DNA from: Nitrospirota bacterium
GTDB taxonomy: Bacteria > Nitrospirota > Thermodesulfovibrionia > Thermodesulfovibrionales > UBA9159
DNA: 64,000 bases
Direction: 5' to 3'
Assembly: GCA_963699545.1 (NCBI GenBank)
Contig: CAVOUE010000006.1
Coordinates: 128,001 to 192,000, forward strand
Position numbers and translations under genes: made by a program. Of this stretch, positions 59,326 to 64,000 are shown in pieces. The number at the start of each line of letters is the position of its first letter. Within the stretch, counting starts at the first letter, position 1. The notes below the pieces were generated by a model that saw only the letters and a program-made list of their open reading frames with translations, did not search any database and was not told the origin of the DNA.

Positions 59326-59651
59326 CATAAAATAACCATGATTTTAAACGATATTCACAAAGAAGCCCTTCGTAGATATGAGAAAACTACCTGTCGCTTT
59401 TGCAGAAATGCAAAAAAATGCGACCCTTCCCTGCTGTCCTGATCTGCAGCAGCAGCCGCTGATAACTTCCTCCTGCTTCATACCTCTTATATGGTTCTCA
59501 GAACTGAAGCTTTCGGATTCGCAATCAATAGATAAGTCCCTTTTTGCTCAATCTGACCTAAAGTTACAGCTTGACAGTAGCATGTTAGCGTGATACAAGG
59601 TAATTGAGAGGCAATCCCGGCAAATTGGAGAAATTATGCTCAACTTAATGG

Positions 59652-60596
59652 ATGAGTATGAAGAAGAAAAATAAGAACTGCTGGGAAGTTAAGGGATGCG
59701 GAAGAGAGCTTGGCGGAAAGAACGCCAAGGAGCTTGGTGTATGTCCCGCAGCAATCTACAGGAGGCTTGACGGCGTTCACGGTGGTAAAAATGCAGGGAG
59801 GGTATGTTGGGTAGTGGCAGGCACTATGTGCGCTGTAAGGGTCCAAGGCACCTTTGCCCAAGAATACAAAGACTGTCTGGAATGCGATTTTTATCAATCA
59901 GTAAAGGAGGAGGACAGTCACTACTTTGGGATGACGACGGGTCTGGAGGAGGCATTGCTGGAGAGTGAGAATCGCTATCGGGTGCTGTTCGAACGTGTGG
60001 GAGATGCGATTTTCATTCTGGAGGCTGAGGGAGAAAAAGCTGGCCAAATCGCGGCTGCAAATGAGGTGGCAGCGGAAATGCATGGGTATGCAGTTGATGA
60101 GCTGTTAGCCCTCAACATAATGGCTCTTGATGCACCAGATTCTGCTAAAGAGGCTCCAAGCCGGATCCAGCGCTTGTCAAAAGGGGACTGGATGAAAGCA
60201 GAGATCATGCACCGTAAGAAGGACGGTACTATTTTCCCTGTTGAGATGAGTGCTGGGTTGGTAGAGCTGGGAAAGCATAAATACATTCTTGCCCTTGATA
60301 GGGACATCACTGAGCGTAAGAGGGCTGAAGAAGAGCGGGAGAAACTTATTCTGGCACTGCAAGATGCCATCGCCAAGGTCAAAACACTAAAGGGCTTGCT
60401 GCCTATCTGCGCCTGGTGCAAGAAGATACGCGACGACAAGGGGTATTGGACAAAAGTCGAAACCTATATTAGAGAACATTCCGATGCATCGTTTACCCAC
60501 GGAATATGTCCAGAATGTTTGAAGAAAGAGAGCCCCGAAACTTACGATGCAGTATTTAAAACTGATACTGAAGATGAAGAAAAAGGTAAGACTTGA
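59652..60596 (+). CDS. Two-CW-domain / PAS sensory protein with C-terminal Cys4 motif
   Basis: KNCWEVKGCGRE..CP..GRVCW..CLECDFY; PAS (RKKDGTIFPVEMS..RDITERK); LPICAWCKKIRDDKGYW..HGICPEC. Confidence 0.82.
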   Translation: MSMKKKNKNCWEVKGCGRELGGKNAKELGVCPAAIYRRLDGVHGGKNAGRVCWVVAGTMCAVRVQGTFAQEYKDCLECDFYQSVKEEDSHYFGMTTGLEEALLESENRYRVLFERVGDAIFILEAEGEKAGQIAAANEVAAEMHGYAVDELLALNIMALDAPDSAKEAPSRIQRLSKGDWMKAEIMHRKKDGTIFPVEMSAGLVELGKHKYILALDRDITERKRAEEEREKLILALQDAIAKVKTLKGLLPICAWCKKIRDDKGYWTKVETYIREHSDASFTHGICPECLKKESPETYDAVFKTDTEDEEKGKT

Positions 60597-60672
60597 CCTA
60601 TCTGCGCTATTGTGAGTATTTCGAATAAGCTTCGTTACTGTTGCGGCGTGTTTGCGGCCGAGCAACCGAGAC

Positions 60673-61513
60673 TTACTTCACGGCCCCCATCGTGAAGCCC
60701 GCAATAAACCGGTCCAGGAAGAAGGTGTAGACGACGGCAACGGGGATGCTTGCAAGAAGCGCCCCTGCCATGAGCGGTCCCCACTGGAAGACATCTCCGC
60801 GCACAAGTTCCGTCGGCACGCCGATGGAGACCGTTTTCTTTGCAGAGACGGAGATGAAGGTGAGGGCGTAGATAAACTCGTGCATGGAGAGGGTGAAGGC
60901 GAACACGACGACCGTCAGGAGCCCCGAGATCCCGAGGGGCAGGACGACCCAGAACATCGCCCCCAGGCGGGAGTGCCCGTCGATCATGGCCTGCTCCTCG
61001 ATGTCCTTCGGGATCGTCTTGAAGAACCCCATGAGGAGCCACGTGCAGAACGGGATGGTGAAGGTCGGATAAATGAGGATCAACGACCAGAGGGACTCCT
61101 GAAGTCCCAGGGCCGAGGCGAACCGGGAGAGAGGGATGAACAGGATAGTCGGCGGGACAAGGTAGGTGAGGAAGATCCCGATCCCAAGCGTTTCGCCCCA
61201 GCCCCTGTGCCCAGCGGGCCAGGCTGTATGCCGCCGGGACCGCGACCGCGAGCGTGATCGCGACCACCGCGAGGCCGACACAGAGGGTGTTCAGGACGTA
61301 CGTCAGGAAGTGCGTGTCGAACAGGAGGAGCCGCAGGTGGTCCAGCGTCGGGGGTTCGTTGAACAGGAACGGGTTGGCGACAGGGTTGAACAGGTCGTGG
61401 TCCCGCTTGAACGTCGCGATGACCATCCAGTAGAACGGGAAGGCCCCGAACAGCGCGAAGCTTCCCACGAGGGCGTACAGGCCTCCGCGGCGCATCGTTT
61501 TCCATGCGTTCAT
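60673..61513 (-). CDS. Carbohydrate-type ABC transporter permease (MalG-like; frameshifts near 61200-61280)
   Basis: FPFYWM, PTLDH, FFKTIPKDIEEQAMIDG (EAA loop), WGPLMAG, GAVK. Confidence 0.88.
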
Positions 61514-62470
61514 CACACCACCTCGCTCTTCCGGACCATCCGCAGCATCAGGATGGCGATGCCTGAGAGGACCGGGAACAGGAAAAGGGAGATGGCAGCC
61601 CCCTGGGCGAGATCCCCTCCCTCGATCCCCTTGAAGAAGGTCCACGTCGAGAGCACCTGGGTGCTGTGCACCGGGCCGCCCCGCGTCATGACGTAGACGA
61701 CGGTCATATCGGTGAAGGTGAAGACGAGCCCGAACAGGAAGGCGATGCTGATGATGGGAAGGGTCAGCGGGATCGTGATCTCCCAGCGTCCTTCGCCAGG
61801 GGCTCGCCCCGTCGACCTCGGCCGCCTCGAGCAGGTCCTTGGGGATCGAGCTCAATCCCGCCAGCTGGATCACCGTCGCCAGCGGCAGCAGTCTCCACAC
61901 GTGGACGATGATCACGGAGGCCATCGCCAGAGCCCGGGCACGCCGAGCCAGTAAAGGTTCTGCATGGGTCCCAGCAGGGCACCAGGAGAGCCGAGCAGCC
62001 CCGCGTAGCGGAGGATCCAGTCGAACGGGCTGAAGATCGAATCGAACATCCAGAGCCAGCCGATCGTCCCGAGCGATATCGGCGCCGTCCAAGGGAGCAT
62101 GATGAGGAACCGGGCCAGCCACTTGCCGCGGAACTCCTTCATCAGGGCGGTAGCGACGATCCTCGAAAGGAGGATCACCAGGATCTGGGAGATGAAGGCG
62201 AACAAGAAAGTGTTCTTCAGGGCGAGCCGAAAGACGGAGTTGTCCAGGATGGCGCCGAAGTTCTGGAAGCCGACGATCCGGAGGGTCGGGTCGCCCGTCG
62301 TCACGTCGCTGAGGCTGTAGAGGATCGCCATGACGAACGAGAATCCGATCAGCACGGCGATATAAAGGATCGCGGGGGCGATCATGAGCAGGGCGAGCTG
62401 CCCGGAATGGTCCCGGATGCCAGGCTTCAACCCGGGTTCCGAGATTTCCGACCTTGCCGTTCATCCTCAT
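61513..62470 (-). CDS. Carbohydrate-type ABC transporter permease (MalF-like; frameshifted)
   Basis: VGFQNF, LPW, WRLLP..LAGLSSIPKDLLEAAEVDGA, MTRGGP across frames. Confidence 0.88.
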
Positions 62471-63500
62471 GCCGTGCCCCGGTCCGTCCGCAGTCCGCTC
62501 TTCCGGTCGAAGAAACGGAGATTCGGGTCGCGCGACACGCCGAAGGTGTACGTCCGACCCGTTCGATCGGGAAGGTCACGTTGCCCGGCAGCCGCGATAC
62601 GACGTGGCGGGCGTGGGACTTTTCCCCGACATTTCCGTATACGAGCCGTTCCGCGCCCAGGTATTCCGTCCAGGTCACTTCAAAGGGATAGGTTTGACCC
62701 GTCGCTCGGCTTTGACGAGATCGGCCGGCAGGAAGGTCTCCGGGCGAAATCCCGTCAGGATGTCTTCCTCTCCGAGCAGGTTCATGGGGGGAGAACCCAC
62801 GAAGGTGGCCACGAAGGTGTCGGCCGGCCACTGGTAGATCTCCCGGGGCGTGCCCACCTGCCGAATCTTGCCCTTGCTCATGACCACGATCCGGTCCCCC
62901 AGCCCCATGGCCTCGATCTGGTCGTGGGTGACGTAGATGGTGGTGACCCCCACCCGTTTCTGGAACTGCCGCAGCTCCTCCCGCGCCGAGGTGCGCAGGA
63001 GGGCATCCAGATTGGAGAGGGGTTCATCCAGGAGGAAGACGCTCGGCTCCCGGACCATGGCACGGGCCAGGGCGACCCGCTGCCGCTCTCCGCCGGAGAG
63101 TTCGCGAGGTTTGCGGTTCAAGCAGCCGCCCGATCCCGAACATTCCCGCCGCCCAATGGACTTTATCCTTGATCGTGGCTCTTGTCCACCCCCCGGGCGC
63201 GCAAAGGGAAGGCGATGTTCTTGTAGACCGTCATGTGGGGATAGAGGGCATAGCTCTGGAAGACCATGGCGATGTTCCGCATCCTCGGCGGGAGGTGGGT
63301 GACCACCCGTTCGTCGATGAGGATATCGCCGCTGGTCGGCTCTTCGATGCCGGCGATCATCCGGAGAAGCGTGGTCTTGCCACAGCCGGAGGGCCCGAGG
63401 AGGACCAGGAACTCCCCCTCGACGGTTTCGAGGTCCACGTGATCGACCGCCCGAACTTCCCGAACAGCTTCGAGATCTTACGTATTTCAACTCGTGCCAT
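62467..63500 (-). CDS. ABC transporter ATP-binding protein (MalK-like; frameshifted, 3' end approximate)
   Basis: [48 protein letters not shown]. Confidence 0.9.
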
Positions 63501-63604
63501 GATACCCGATTCCCCCGTCCGTTTCCGTTGTGGTTTCTGGAGATGATTCACTTGCGCGGGGGAGAGCGGGGAACTCTCCGCCTCCCCCGGAATACGTTTT
63601 GTTC

Positions 63605-64000
63605 CTAGGTCTTCCCGCCCACGAGCCCCTTCTTGCGCCACTTGGCGTAGATGGCTTTCACCAGGAGCTCGGCCTGTGCCACGGCACTCGTCGGCCTTCA
63701 TGCCCCGGGCGGCATTGGCCATCATGTTCGGCAGGATGAAGGTGGCGAAGACCTCTCCGGTGGCCGGGTTCGCCGCCCCCGGGTGCCCCACGTTGGTGCT
63801 CCACTTCTCCGCGTCCTTGAGCACGGCCAGCTTTCCCTTGTCTTCCCCCGGGAGCGCAAAGGGATCGTCGTCGAACCAGGTGTTGTGAAGATCCCGAAGC
63901 TTCTTGGCGCCCTTGCACCGCCGGGTAGCCGCGGTCCCCGGAGGGAATGGGGGCGTCGAAGAAGGCCGGGGAGTTGTAGAGCTCGCTGTGCGTACATGGC
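63605..64000 (-). CDS. ABC transporter substrate-binding protein, C-terminal part only (frameshifted)
   Basis: Coding remnants WSTNVGHPGAANPATGEVF and KWRKKGLVGGKT*, directly upstream of the ATPase. Confidence 0.6.

Noticed and set aside
60635-62470. 611-aa ORF as one protein
   Set aside because: Mosaic of in-frame and off-frame pieces of two frameshifted ABC permeases

Overview
Bacterial genomic DNA from a diderm anaerobe. Gene content suggests Nitrospirota (Thermodesulfovibrionia-like) or a deltaproteobacterial relative; this is inference only. (1) 1-18.9 kb: minus-strand surface-polysaccharide locus with GT4 x3, a GT4-PIG-L fusion, GT2, two methyltransferases, Wzx, Wzy/WaaL-like, manC, PMM/PGM, an epimerase, an EPS-type MarR regulator, an RfaH-like antiterminator with its own ops site, a CpsB-type phosphatase and a GH-like/DUF192 fusion. 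Two promoters in this locus carry an identical 19-bp palindromic operator. (2) 19-31.5 kb: core genes, namely an M1 peptidase-ChaN-PDZ fusion, gnnA/gnnB-like-lpxB-msbA-waaA, ferredoxin, recN and HU. (3) 31.7-39 kb: tRNA-Thr(CGT) integration hotspot with two displaced tRNA 3' fragments, two tyrosine-integrase C-terminal stubs alternating with VapBC, HicAB and DUF2971 cargo, repeat-rich secreted proteins, and a GEMM-I riboswitch with the A20 signature of 3',3'-cGAMP sensors ahead of a Tat-exported MBL-fold hydrolase. (4) 39-50.4 kb: c-di-AMP-riboswitch-led porin-kdpABC operon ending in a kinase-less kdpD, plus nhaA and a fossil kdpA/kdpB junction. (5) 50.4-55.7 kb: STN protein and an LPP20/FlgP-FlgT-FecR-CsgG envelope cluster with no flagellar or curli genes in the window. 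(6) 55.8-60.6 kb: CbcA/CbcB/c7-like cytochrome cluster, a sigma54-type membrane-protein pair and a two-CW/PAS protein. (7) 60.6-64 kb: sugar-type ABC transporter. Many genes carry single-base frameshifts, most likely long-read consensus errors. All family calls come from motif recognition by eye; no database search was run.
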